DNA of 64,000 bases from Klebsormidium nitens (lineage: Eukaryota > Plantae > Klebsormidiophyceae): positions 38,855-102,854 of the forward strand of contig DF237271.1 of the NCBI GenBank assembly GCA_000708835.1. The letters are read 5' to 3'. A program made the position numbers and the translations under genes. Of the stretch, positions 44,017-64,000 are shown piece after piece. How positions within the stretch are numbered: the first letter of the stretch is position 1; each line of letters starts with the position of its first letter. The notes below the pieces were generated by a model, which worked only from the letters and a program-made list of their open reading frames with translations, did not search any database and was not told the origin of the DNA.

Positions 44017-45515
44017 ATGGAAGGGGGCCTAGACCAGACCGTGGAGCGCTGTGCTTCCATGCTCCTCTTAGAGGATCTAAACCAGATCAAGGCTGGGAGG
44101 AAGCTGCTGGAAGCGGTGCGTCATTCTCCGGATCTAAGCAACGACGACTTTTCCAGAGTGGCCCAAGAAGTCGCGGCATTCCAAGGGGGTGCAGTCATGA
44201 GCAGATTCCTCAGCTTTGTGACGCCAGCTAGCGTGAGCCGCTTGTATCTGCCAGGGGCGGACTCACAGCTGGAAGGACTCAAACGCTTCCTCCATGCTAC
44301 TCCGGCGCTTTGTCATCTCACAGGGAGCAAGATTGTGGTGGATCGTTTCTTGCGGGATGACACTGGAACGATCCAAAAAGTCAGAGCTGAAAACGTCCAC
44401 ATTCAGCTGATGAATCAGGTAACTCAAGTAGTTGACGTATCTGAAAGAATGAAGAGCTCCATGTTTAACCCTCTCGAGATCATGACGTTCCTTGCTTCGC
44501 TGGAGTGCCTGTCGAACTTTGCGCGGGCGTCAAAGACGTTCCGGGACGTTATGAAGGAGCCAACGGAACAGCGGAAGACCTTCGAGCAGTTCAGCGACCT
44601 GCGTTCCTCAAAGAACCTTGCCAAGATGACAGCTGGATCTTCGCTTAGGCTTCGGCTTGGCCTAGCGTGTTTGGCAGCATCTTTTGCATTCGCGGAGGAC
44701 AGCCAGCTGTGGGCTATTGACAGCGGCCTTCTCAAGTTGCTGGCAGCCATCTATGAAGCGTCACCACTGCGCGAGCTCTGCAAAAGGAATCAACGGGGTG
44801 GCTCCCCTGTATACCGCTGCAACAAAATCCTGTACCGCTTGCTCACCTTGGAAGCCACGACGGAGAAGGCGCGTGCGCACAACGCGCTCGAGGGCTTCCG
44901 GCCCCACAGGCGGAAGATGAACGCCGCGGAACCGGAACTTGCCCTGTGGAGGGATTACTTCGGGCCGCGATTGCAGGGCACGAGGGTGGTTGAAAAAGAA
45001 GAGCTGTCAGAGCTGCAATCCGCTGAGAACTGGAAGCATGCCGAAGAGGTTTACAGCGCGATGTTCCAAACCCCGGTGGTCTGCTCGTGGAAGCTGTGCG
45101 CGGCCGGCCGCGAGCCCGTCTTGGGGAAGGGGTTCAGCATGTGTGCACGTTGCCACGTCGCGCGTTACTGCAGGTAAGGCCGTGATATGCATTTGCTAAA
45201 TCCACGTGTCGCCTTCCCGTTGATGCACTACAGTAGTGTTCAACTATGACAAGGACTGCTCGCGGATTCCGGGTAACCCTTTTCGCCGTCAAGATCCAGA
45301 TGCGCACTTCCCCTCATCTAATCATGTTACAGTGGCGACCGTGATCAAATCCTCTAACGGGCTCATGCTCTTGCAGACGTGCATTCTTCTGTTTATTATG
45401 ATCGCACCCAACCTGGCATGAAGTTTTGAAAGCACATCTGTGCTCTGGTTGCAGCAAGGAGCATCAGAAGTCGCACTGGCCCAGCCACAAGGTCCACTGC
45501 AGAAAGATGCCATAA
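44017..45515 (+). CDS. MYND zinc-finger protein (helical N-terminal region plus C-terminal MYND), 2 exons
   Basis: Exons 44017-45173 and 45455-45515 splice to CSWKLC...CARCHVARYC|SKEHQKSHWPSHKVHCRKMP*, giving a complete set of MYND ligands. Confidence 0.88.
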
Positions 45516-46679
45516 AGGGACGAGTCGTGAAAAGCAAGAAGACGTGTTCGTGTTATGCAACTGGTTGCCCTTGCAACTAAGTGACTGCACCCTTGCGAAA
45601 AATACTTTCATCTTCAGTCTCTTTGAAGAGTGATTGCAGAGCTTTGAGGGCCGTTGACGGCGTGAGCTTTGGCGATACTTTAGACCTTCGTAAGTCGGCT
45701 GCTTTTTCGATCCAGCGAGGTTAAGTAAGCATCACCCAGATTCCATGAGCGATATACCCATATGGGTACTACGTCAAATCTCATACTTCCGCGTACCAGG
45801 AGCGCCTCATCGCGAGTTTGAGTCATCGTTGGTGGGCTACTGCACGAACATCTGCATGTTACATGTTACGTCCTGATCATCTTATGGTATGTCGCCTGAG
45901 ACAATTGCCTTTTATCATGCTCTTATGACAAGGGCGAACATTGGATTGCTCAATCCACGTGTTTCGAAGTTGGCAATATGGCCTAAGCCGCGGCTTTTCC
46001 TTCAAGGCCATCACTTGTTAACATGGAAAGCGCACCAGCGTGCTCGAGGGGATCGTTAATTGGCTATTCCTCTTCAATCGTGCTTGTGTGAACGCAATAA
46101 AATGTTTTGCTGCCAGATGCATTGGGTGGAAAGCATCGAAAGCGTGCCAGGCATTGCTAGATACTAAGCGATCGCACTAGAAGGGCCGGGCTCAAGAAGT
46201 GTCTTCATTGGCTGTGCACATGCGGCCCCGCCAGCATCGACACGTGCTATCTTGTGATTAAACGCATGCGATCAGAGGGTTAGGGAGGCCGTTTACCTGA
46301 TGGAAACATGGTCAACCACTACACAAGGGACATCGACAAAGCCCTAGACCCCCTGCTAACCCAAACCAAAACCGAATCCCCGACCCAATCCCATCCTGGC
46401 CAATCTGCCTACAACGCAATCGTCTCGAATCCACGTTCCCACAAGCACTAGAAAGACTGAAGACTGAGTGCGGAACTCAGGCCATGAGATTCAACATGAA
46501 CGCCAATGAGGCGGCCGAAACTGACCGTTCAAGGACAACATGTTTGTTTGCAAAACGTACTCACGTGCTTGCTTGATTTCTTAATACGTTTTCCTTGGGA
46601 ACCTTAGTACGGTGCCTAGATAAAATGAGCTCAACCCCTACATGCATGCACGCCAGGTTCTTCACAGTGCCTATGCCCC

Positions 46680-47945
46680 GCTAAGCTTCCGCCATACACA
46701 GATTAGCCTACTTTTACCGCTCCGGTCTTGAGGTCTTGAATTTTTTGAAGAATCGAAGTGACCTTCCTTACTGCTCCGAGAGTCATTTTATCCTGCTTGT
46801 AATGCTGAACCTTACCAGATTCTTTCTGATTCGAGTTATTGAGGAAACGTCCTCTAGCAATCGTCGCGTTTTTCAAAGTGGTTCACCGCAAAATTTCCAT
46901 CATTCAGGCGGAAGGCTGCCTTTGTCCGCCTTCAAATTAGAATCTGAGGAAAACAAGAGCACCGCAGGTCAGAGGGGCGTCCACAATCTCGGGCAAGGTA
47001 CCAACAATAACGTTCTGAAGAAAGCGAATTTGCAGAAATTAGCCAGCGCTTAGTACAGCAAACAGCCAAAGCAAAAAATGATGCTCTCGCGCACAGCTTC
47101 GCGCTTGGTTCGTGTACTGTACTGCAAACTCTTGCTCCGACGCCAGAATGTGCTTCCAGGAACTCGTGTTCGTAAATTGGTTCGAGGCGCCTTTCTTTGC
47201 GTCGACACTGGACGTATGTACCTTTTTCAACAATTGAAAAGAGCCCATCTCAACAACTTAATTGAGCCCACAACAACTCAAAAGAACCCGGAAACAAGAG
47301 CTGTCGACAGTTTGCACTGGCCTAGTTGGCCTAGTTGGACAGCATAAAGAGATTTGCCCCGCTTCACCGGTCTTTGGAGGGGCCCACTTCGTCAGGTTCG
47401 TCCCGCCGGGAAAGAGCAGCGTCGGATGCCGCTCGTTCTCCACCTGCAAAACGAAGACAGAACGGCGAAGCGTCACCAAAAGAAGTCCGAAAGCTTCGCG
47501 GCAACGGCCCTCTCCGTTTCAGGAACGACAGCGCTTGTTATCCTAATACTGACCGCAGCCGACTCAATGGAGGGATGAAAGCCTGCACAGTTAAGGATGC
47601 CAAATCAGGCGGGCAACCGAACGGCAAATGCAGACGTGCCTATTCTCGAGAGTGCCACGTGGCACCTTCAGGTCGTCCGTCTCAAAACATGAGTGTCCAG
47701 GGAGCCCCGGCAAGCGCCGCCTGACGTTTCTTCCGAAAGCAGAGAAATACGGAGAGCGCGAAGGCGTGTGGAAATAGTGTACATGGATGCAAAATTTGCG
47801 CAGAGAAAGACACGTGGCACTCACGTATTCTAGGTGGTCGTGGTGAAGTGCAGGCCGCGGCTATGCCGCCTGACTAGCGCTCTCTGCGCAATCAGCTTGG
47901 CGCCGTCCAGCAGGTTGCGCATCTCGCACACCTCCACGCTCTGCA
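46680..47945 (-). pseudogene. Decayed duplicate of the last three exons, introns and 3' flank of L-aspartate oxidase
   Basis: Colinear with ~51815-53008. 47825-47940 reads [33 protein letters not shown] (116 vs 117 nt, 1-nt deletion, ESRG to HSRG). 47368-47443 reads VENERHPTLLFPGGTNLTKW. 46904-46943 is the final exon (40 vs 50 nt). Splice sites are retained. Confidence 0.88.
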
Positions 47946-48712
47946 AATAGTAATAGAAATCAGTTCTGCTACTAGTACGTACTCACCTGGCTCAAGAGAC
48001 CCACCTATTGGGATTGGTCAGCAAAGGATGACATATGTTCAGCAGATTGTCGAGCATCCGACTTTCGGCCGCTGAGAGAGGAGCAAAGCAACGACCGAAG
48101 AGGCATGTGGAAATCGGAGTACCTTTGATTTATTGGTTCTGCTCTGCCCTTTTTATTCCACACCGTATGTACTAGTGCATCCATAAATTGAGAATCACAG
48201 AGCACGTGTCACTGCCAAGTGGGAACAACCATGAAGTCCGGATTATTGATCCATGAATAACTTGGAAACATTGCAGGCCGTATGCATGATAAGACCGTCG
48301 TCTGCATCAGTTTTTCAGTTCAAGTTGCGGCCCCGATAAGGTTGCTGGAGTGAGATCAGGTGTCATGACGCCCATAAGTGATGTCCAACCTTCGTATCGT
48401 ATGGCTCGTACTCTGGTAAGGCGGTCATAAGTGTCTGCGGAGATCCTGACAATCTTCCTCTGGTTCTTGGTACCGCTAGCTTGAATTTGCTGACCATTGT
48501 AGGTGACTTTAAGTCTAGCTCAAGAACACAGTTGCCCCAACGAAGGTTTGAAGTATTCACTGGACCTTACGTCTCAAGATCTCGCGCCTCAAATTCTGGT
48601 TTTCGAACAGATCCAAGACTAGGCTGTTCCGGGCGCACATGACGACCTTTAATTAAGACGGACAATCATCGCTTAAGGAATCGGACCACCAGAAAGTGTC
48701 TGCTTTGGATTT

Positions 48713-50273
48713 TTATGACTCGTCCCTTCGCGGCACGACCTTTCTGCAGTGGTCTTTTTGACTGCGCCAGTGCAATTTCTGATGCTCCTTACTGCAAAGA
48801 ACAGATTCAAACGTCTGAGTATGAAACCTTGCCGGATCGAGCAGGGGCATCAAGTTCGTACATAATACAACATACAGGCAAACGCTTGTCAGAGCGTCAA
48901 GCTGAACGTCGTTTAGATCAGTGCAGATCCAGTACGACCTTTCGTTCAGATTCGTTGTAGCGATGCATTAAGAGGAGCTCCGGAACAGAAATCAAAAGCA
49001 AGATTGTATGCTTGTGAAGCAGTCCTCTTTGTAGCCGAATGCAGTCAGTAGATTCACGACGAGACGACAATGCATCTAAAGAATGCCCGTTGATATCAAC
49101 TGAGTGAGCTAACACACTGCCACGGCCTTACCTGCAGTAGCGCGACACGTGGCACCGCGCACACATGCTAAACCTCTTTCCCGAGACGGGCTCGCGGCCG
49201 GCCGCGCACAGGTTCCACGAGCAGACTACCGGGGTTGAGAACATTGCGGTGTGAATATCCGCTGCCTCGGCAACGTCGTAGTTTCCAATTTCCTCGGGTT
49301 GCTGTTCTTCTTGTGCGCCTATCGTCGGGCCCTGCAATCGCTCTTCAATCTCCTTCCAAGGCGCGACTTCCGGTTCCGCGGCGTTGATCTTCCGCTTTTG
49401 GGGCCGGAAGCCTTCGAGGGCATTGTGGCCGCGCAGCATTTCCGCTGTGGTGTCTGCGGTGAGCAAGCGGAGCAGGATTCTGTTGCAGCGGAACACCGGA
49501 GAGCGACCCCGTTGACTCGATTTGGAGAGCTCGCGCAGGGGTGACGCTTCGTAGATCGCTGCTACTAGCTTGAGAAGACCGCTGTCAATCGCCCACAGCT
49601 GGCTATCCTCGGAAAAAGCGAAAGATGCGGCCAAACACGTTAGGCAAAGGCGAAGCCTGTGAAAGGAGCCAGCTTCACTGCTCGCAAGGCCTCTTTCGGA
49701 GAGCAGGTCACTGAAGTGCTCAAAGATCCTCCGCTGTTCCGTTGACTCCCTCATGACCGCCCGGAACGCCTTCGACGCTCGTGCAAAGTTAGACAAGCAC
49801 TCTAGCGAAGCTAGAGTTTGAATCAAGGTAACATTCTTGAACGGGGAGCTGTTGAACCTCTCTGATACTTTGAAGGTATGGTTGATGAACGCCATCAATC
49901 TCATATGTATCAAGTCAGCCCTGGCCATTTGGATCGTCTCCGTACCATCTCGCAGGATGCAATCCACCACAATCCTGCTCCCTTTGAGTAGACAAAGCAC
50001 CACAGTCGCATAAAGAAAGCGGTTGTGCTCTCCCATTGGGTTCTGCCAATCTGGTTGGCCCACGTCGCGCGTGAGAGAGAGCCTCCTCAAAACGGCCCCT
50101 CCTTGGAAGGCGGCGACCTCTTGGGCAAATCTGGAAAAGAGTTCCGGACTTGCATTATCCGTAGAGAGACGCAGCGCTCGTAGCAACTTGAACCCAGCTT
50201 CGATCTGGCTTGGATCATCTGAAAGGAGCATCGAAGCACAGCGTTCAACGGTCTGGTCCAAACCTCCTTCCAT
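48713..50273 (-). CDS. MYND zinc-finger protein paralog, 2 exons (His-to-Gln at a Zn ligand position)
   Basis: Exons 50273-49132 and 48791-48713 encode CSWNLC...CARCHVSRYC|SKEHQKLHWRSQKDHCRKVVPRRDES*. Intron position and donor (GTAAGGCCGTG) are shared with the 44017 copy. Confidence 0.88.
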
Positions 50274-50428
50274 CTTGTCCACAGGACAGAACCTTCCTCT
50301 GCCCAGTTCGAAAAGAGAAGTTTTCTGCCGACTCAGATCTCAAGAAAAAGCGGGGGTTTCTGCGATCTGATTAATCATGCAGTCCTTGCATTTGAATGGT
50401 TGCATAGTGTTTTAGAAGCGCCAGCAAA

Positions 50429-50770
50429 TTAGATTGGCGTCCGCGAATAGACAGTGCACGTTGGTGATATTGCGGGCCAGCCTTGTGCCCCAGCCTCTTC
50501 CTCCGATTCGTTTTGCAATGAACGCGTGCATGCACACTCTAATGTCACATCCGTCGGCTGGGATGTTAGGTGTGCTGTCACACGCAAGTCGATTGTCAAA
50601 GCGTACTTGAGCATATCTTTGTTAGAGATCGATGACCCCAATCGCGTCAGACGTACGAAATGTTGGGCGCAATTTTCCAAAATTTGCTCCGTACGAAACT
50701 CCACACATGCTGCCTGCGGAAGTTGGCCGCCGTGCAGAGCCGACATTAAGACTCGCCCAATCTGATACAT
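50429..50770 (-). pseudogene. Unassigned 113-codon ORF in a relic-like spacer
   Basis: ORF ...EFRTEQILENCAQHFVRLTRLGSSISNKDMLKYALTIDLRV... has protein-like composition but no splice context or recognised family. Confidence 0.2.
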
Positions 50771-52003
50771 ACATACATCACATCATTATAATGATTATAA
50801 AGCCCGTACCGAAGCATGGGGCTTGATAGAGTATATGGGGTCAGGGCCGTGTTTTTCCCAACAAGCTATTGAGCTACCTGCAGGCAAGATCTTACTATAC
50901 CGTAATGGCAAATCCTGATTGGCTACATCGAGCAAGAATTGTTTATCCTACCAGTCCTGATCGATCACCTGCGGTTGAAAACAATTCCAGTTGGCCAGAA
51001 GATTTGCAGGTTAGGCGAGCAGAATTCATGGTCTTATTGGCTTCTATAGGGACCTTGACATGAATGTAGCTAAATTTGCGGTTGCAAATGAGTTTCGATC
51101 TTCGTCGGATCGAAGACTCTAAACTAAACTGAAGATTCGCATACGATCATGCGTTTCAACGCGATTTGACAGGGATCACATTTCGACGACCAGCAGGTCA
51201 ACCGTTCCCCGCCAAGCTGCATTTTGATCACATTTGTTTGACACCTTAAACACTGCATATGCATGATATACGGCCACGCGAGTCAGCAGAAGAGACTTGA
51301 AAGAATGCCCAGGTAAAGCTGGCCGGGGCAGAAGCTGTGACACTCGAGGGCGTCAGAGGGTTCCAAACCTCTGCTTGGTTCGACATTCGTGCTCGTAAGG
51401 CTCATTTTGGTCGGAGAGGTTCCAGTTCGTAGAAAGGCTGCGCTTCGTTTCCGACACGAAATGGGCCCGAGAGAAGCTACACTATCCTCGCTCCCTGGTG
51501 CCCCTTGATTTTCGTACGTTCCCGAGAAGTAATGTCTGTCATGTATGATTGCAACTCATGCAGACGTTCCGGTCGATAACGTAAATACACACCAAAAATA
51601 TGAGGGTAAAAGCACAATGATAATTTGCCCACACAACGTACAAGATTGAATCCACGTTTTTGCTGACACGTCGACTATAAGCAAAATACGTTTACTGGAC
51701 AACGTGGTTCAACGTCCACTGCAATGCGTAAGTACCTAGACACGGTGCCCATCCGTGATTAAACTGATTTCCTACACGCCTGCGCGCTAAGTTGTCCAAT
51801 TCTGACCGTCCATCTAAGCTTCCGCTATACACATTGTGTTTCAATCTCGAAGCATCAATCTGACCTTATTACGTCTAGAATACCGTTCAGCTCATTGTGA
51901 AGCTGAATCTACCGAATCGTGAGAATCCCCCTCTGGCGCGAATTATTGAGGCAACGTCCTCTAGCGGACGTTGCGACCTTCTAGATTGGCGGACTCCCTA
52001 AAT

Positions 52004-60615
<8,612 letters not shown>

Positions 60616-62949
60616 AACTTACAAGCTGTTGGTGGTGTTGTTGGCAGCATCCTGCCTCATGAGAGTCCCACCAGACCCAGCAGCTTCAACTATCCTGTCA
60701 GTAGATCTCTGTTCCAAGGCTTGCCTGCTTGCAAACTGATGCCCCCTGCTAAAATGTCTTCACTGCGCTTGCCTTATTGGTGTCTCGGAGCTGAACTTTT
60801 AAAATCACCTTCAAGTTGCCACAGATCTGTTGTGTGCCAGCTCTCTTACTGCTCAAAGGCTAATCTCATCCACCTTCACCTGTCCAACATTAAGATCTCT
60901 GAACAAGCTTGCAAACACCTGATATCCTAATCCTGTAGTCTCGAGTATGGGGGAGCAGTAAGCAACCAAGCAAATTTTCTTACAAAACTCCTTTGCTTCA
61001 GAGATAATAGCTATGGCGGCCCGAATTTGAAAACGCTTTATGGTATAGCTAGGAAAGGCCGTTGTGAGCGCTAGGATAAGTAGGAAGCAGAACTCATGCT
61101 GTCGAGACCGGCTTGGAAGTTGTCCAAACACACATGGCTCACGTCGAGCAGGAGAACCAGAAGAAAGGCCCTGTTACCGGTAAGGGTTGTGCAGCGGCCA
61201 CCGTTGTCGCTACGTGGCGTCTTTTCCAGGCAGCGCGATCGGGGCCGAACCCACAGATCGACGCGTCACCTTGCGACCGTGACTTTACGCGGCCGCAACC
61301 GTCGATGAAGGGGGCCTTGCGAAGAAATGGACGGTGTCAAGTTACTGATGACGAGCTAACTCTTGACCGGAATCCGCTCGTTCCGTGCGCGGACTCGAAT
61401 AGTCTGGGGTAAGCTTCAGCGGATTCCGGTTCGGTGCGCTCCGGTCCACTCCGGTCGATGCTGGCACAGCTTGTGCCAGCTGGCAAGGAGAACTTATCTT
61501 GGGGCTCCTCTCCATGCCTCCGAGTCCTAGCTGAGTCCTCTCCATGCGTGCAGCATTTTACAACGAGGCAGCCTTTTACGAGTCAATTGCGCCTCATTGC
61601 TTCCTGAAATCTTTTGGTGTACTCCTTTGAGCCGGTTTGAGGTCTGCAGAGAAGGTCGGCAGAGGCGATCACGCTCCGTAAACTTGGAAGTGTGCGGCAA
61701 AGACGCGGAGGTTTCGCTCTTTCACACGGAGACAATGAGCGATTATCAGCCCTTTTTGGAGCGCCGGCAACGGGACGATGGCAATCTTTGTTGTCAAGTG
61801 CTCTTGGCAAGTAAGTGCTCGCCAAGGGAATTTGGTTCTGCAGGCTTTGGCAGCAACAAAATTAGACGAGTAATTGTCAAACATGGGTACTTTTCGCAAT
61901 CTCGATTGAATAACCGGCGTGTCGTGAGCTTACACTTGTTTGTTGTTTTTGCCGGAGCAGGATGGTCAATCGCCACAGTATTGGTCTTCTGAGCCTTTGA
62001 GGCCCCTTGCGCACTGTGTCTCTCTGATGATTGGTTTTCAAAAGCAAGTCCAAAGCCTCCACGGTTAGGACTGAACCTGCCAGATCATAACAATAAAATA
62101 CTTGACAACATTGTGTCGACCGTACTGCAGGAGTTTATGACCTTGAGGACTGGCAAACTGCCAGTATAAGGAAAGTATGTGGGAGCGGACGTGCCCGCTT
62201 TGAGTTGACGCTTTGTTCCTTTTCTTTGCAGTTATTTGCCCTCCAATTGGAGTCTACTTGAGGTACGGATGTGGCATTGAATTCTGGATATGCATACTAC
62301 TGAGCATCCTTGGTAAGCAGCGACTCAATTCACGCTCTTTCCAACATTCTGTGCGCTGTGCTTAACTGATGAACACGCCAGATTGGGGCACTACAGGCAT
62401 ACTTTTCAAACTTATGGTGGCTAAATCGTGCGTCCCATTGGGAACCAAATGTTGACATCCCTTGTCTTGTGATCGAAGAAAGCACTATGAAACACCGAGT
62501 CTGACAAGTCTTTGCTATCAGGAGTCTGATCATGGATGGATGGTTTTACCACTTGAAATCAATTGCGTTTTATGGGCTTTGGGAGAATGTCTAACAAGTC
62601 ACTGAAAGAATCCACTGATCCAATCTGGTAAACTTGAGTGCAGGTTATGTACCAGGGATCATTTACTCCGTCTATATCCTGACTGTAAATAACTACTAGG
62701 TTGCAGCTTGGCCATCTCATCTCCATCTGATCTTCTGGTAAGTTTTCAACAAAGCTACGTTAAACGGCATAGAACCTGCACTTTCGTGAGCCCTTCCATT
62801 GCTTGTTACGGAGAATGACCACAAAGTACAAGGCACAAACGTCTTCTCAGACCAGAAGATTGCCATTTGGAACTTTTTGGTTTGATTATGCCAGCTTGCT
62901 ACACACCAAACCTGCAACTAGCTATGTCGCCTTTGATTGTTCAATGCAA

Positions 62950-63780
62950 GATCTGTCGTGTGCAGCTCGGCGTGGTTACTTGAAGAACCATCAAAGTGGC
63001 TGCGGCTACTGGTCAACCAAGTGGTTTCATCCTTTCTGGCTGGTGGAAATAAGACTAGTATAAGTTATAGCTGTAAGTCAGTCTCTCCTGCCTGCTGCCA
63101 GGGCCCCTCTCCTTGGTCTTGTACATATCCTTGCGGCAGGCCGCCTTGCACACCTGTCGATATAGTGCACCAGAGTCTACAATAAACTCCTACGCAAAGT
63201 GGAAGTTCCTGACTGATTTTGTATATGTATCGCTTTTGTTAAGGTATCTTATGTTTAGGGATTGATGGCCGGGGCGTGTGGTACGTGTATGGGTCGATAA
63301 CATACACGTTTATATGACCGGCGGACTGCCTAATGATAGTGTCTGGAGACAATCCGGGGTTGACCGTGCCCGTCTGAACAATCATTCCGCACTGAGCGCG
63401 CGTCCTTCATGGTTCTTCACGTGCACTCTGCATAGCGCCCAGAACTAGTACTAAATATTCGAAGTTTCTGGATCGACGTCGGCCGTCGGCTGGGATTCAT
63501 ATGTTCAAACTGAGTATGGACATCCGGGCCATGTAAGTAGCTACCTAGTTTCGACTTTTGCCAAGTCAGAGATAGCATCCACCTATATGAAGGCGCGGCC
63601 GGCAGATTCCATCGCATGTACTTTGCATCGTGTTGAGGCGGCGCACACCCGCCCATATTCATGCATATATACGCTTATACTAGATGCATGATGGACGTTC
63701 AGAATTAATAGGACGGTCTTCGTATAGATCCCACATGCCCCTATATCGTTGCTCTTGTGGGCATAGCTGCATGGTTCAAT
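62950..63780 (-). pseudogene. Decayed intronless ORF relic (unknown family)
   Basis: One frame over about 200 codons: MWDLYEDRPINSERPSCI*YKRIYA*IW...RNFEYLVLVLGAMQSAREEP*RTRAQCGMIVQTGTVNPGLSPDTIIRQSAGHINVYVIDPYTYH.... Scattered TGA/TAG/TAA stops, no splice signals. Confidence 0.33.
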
Positions 63781-64000
63781 ATGCATGATGGAGCAGTACC
63801 TCTTTCTGTTTAGTTCTTAGTATATATATAGTATCCAGTCCACCACTTCTCGTCGTTTTTCCTTCTTAATCCGGCCGCCATCATTATATATGGAACACTA
63901 TGGGAGAATGAGACGCCTGGTATATGCTATCATATTATAGTCTTAGAATAGTCTCAAGGGCGCTTCAAGGGCGCTGGTGCAGGATGTCGTATGCAGGTCC

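Noticed and set aside
45600-46500. Possible decayed ORF between MYND2 and the AO duplicate
   Set aside because: No frame stays coherent enough to support a call.
47960-47980. CTAG|T as a possible Helitron 3' end bounding the AO duplicate
   Set aside because: No subterminal hairpin seen, and CTAG is common in these decayed regions.
61096-62200. Several 60-130-aa ORFs upstream of AO with some GT/AG signals
   Set aside because: Could not build a phase-consistent model or recognise a domain; may be AO 5' UTR/promoter or the start of an unresolved gene.

Overview
Eukaryotic nuclear DNA with dense GT-AG introns (polypyrimidine/CAG acceptors, GTRAG donors). Gene content and style suggest a streptophyte green alga such as Klebsormidium; this is an inference and no search was run. 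Gene models were spliced by hand and checked for intron-phase consistency. Left to right: a decayed ORF relic; a MYND zinc-finger pseudogene (two frameshifts plus a nonsense codon); a plastid-type Ser/Thr kinase (-) head-to-head with a histidine-phosphatase (PGM-like) gene (+) carrying a twin-arginine, lumen-type targeting peptide; an LRB/POB1-like BTB-BACK gene (-); a conserved plant-type unknown gene (+); a 19-exon, ~1811-aa type-I membrane protein with bacterial Ig-like, FN3 and four CHB_HEX_C-like repeats; an intron-poor island of unknown ORFs; an orphan U-box terminal exon; two more MYND paralogs flanking a decayed copy of the last three L-aspartate oxidase exons; and the L-aspartate oxidase (nadB/AO) gene (-). 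The most unusual structural signal is repeated local duplication of splice junctions together with exon ends in three different genes. No rRNA, tRNA, CRISPR or intact transposase/RT was recognised. Family names come from remembered motifs and need HMM/BLAST confirmation.
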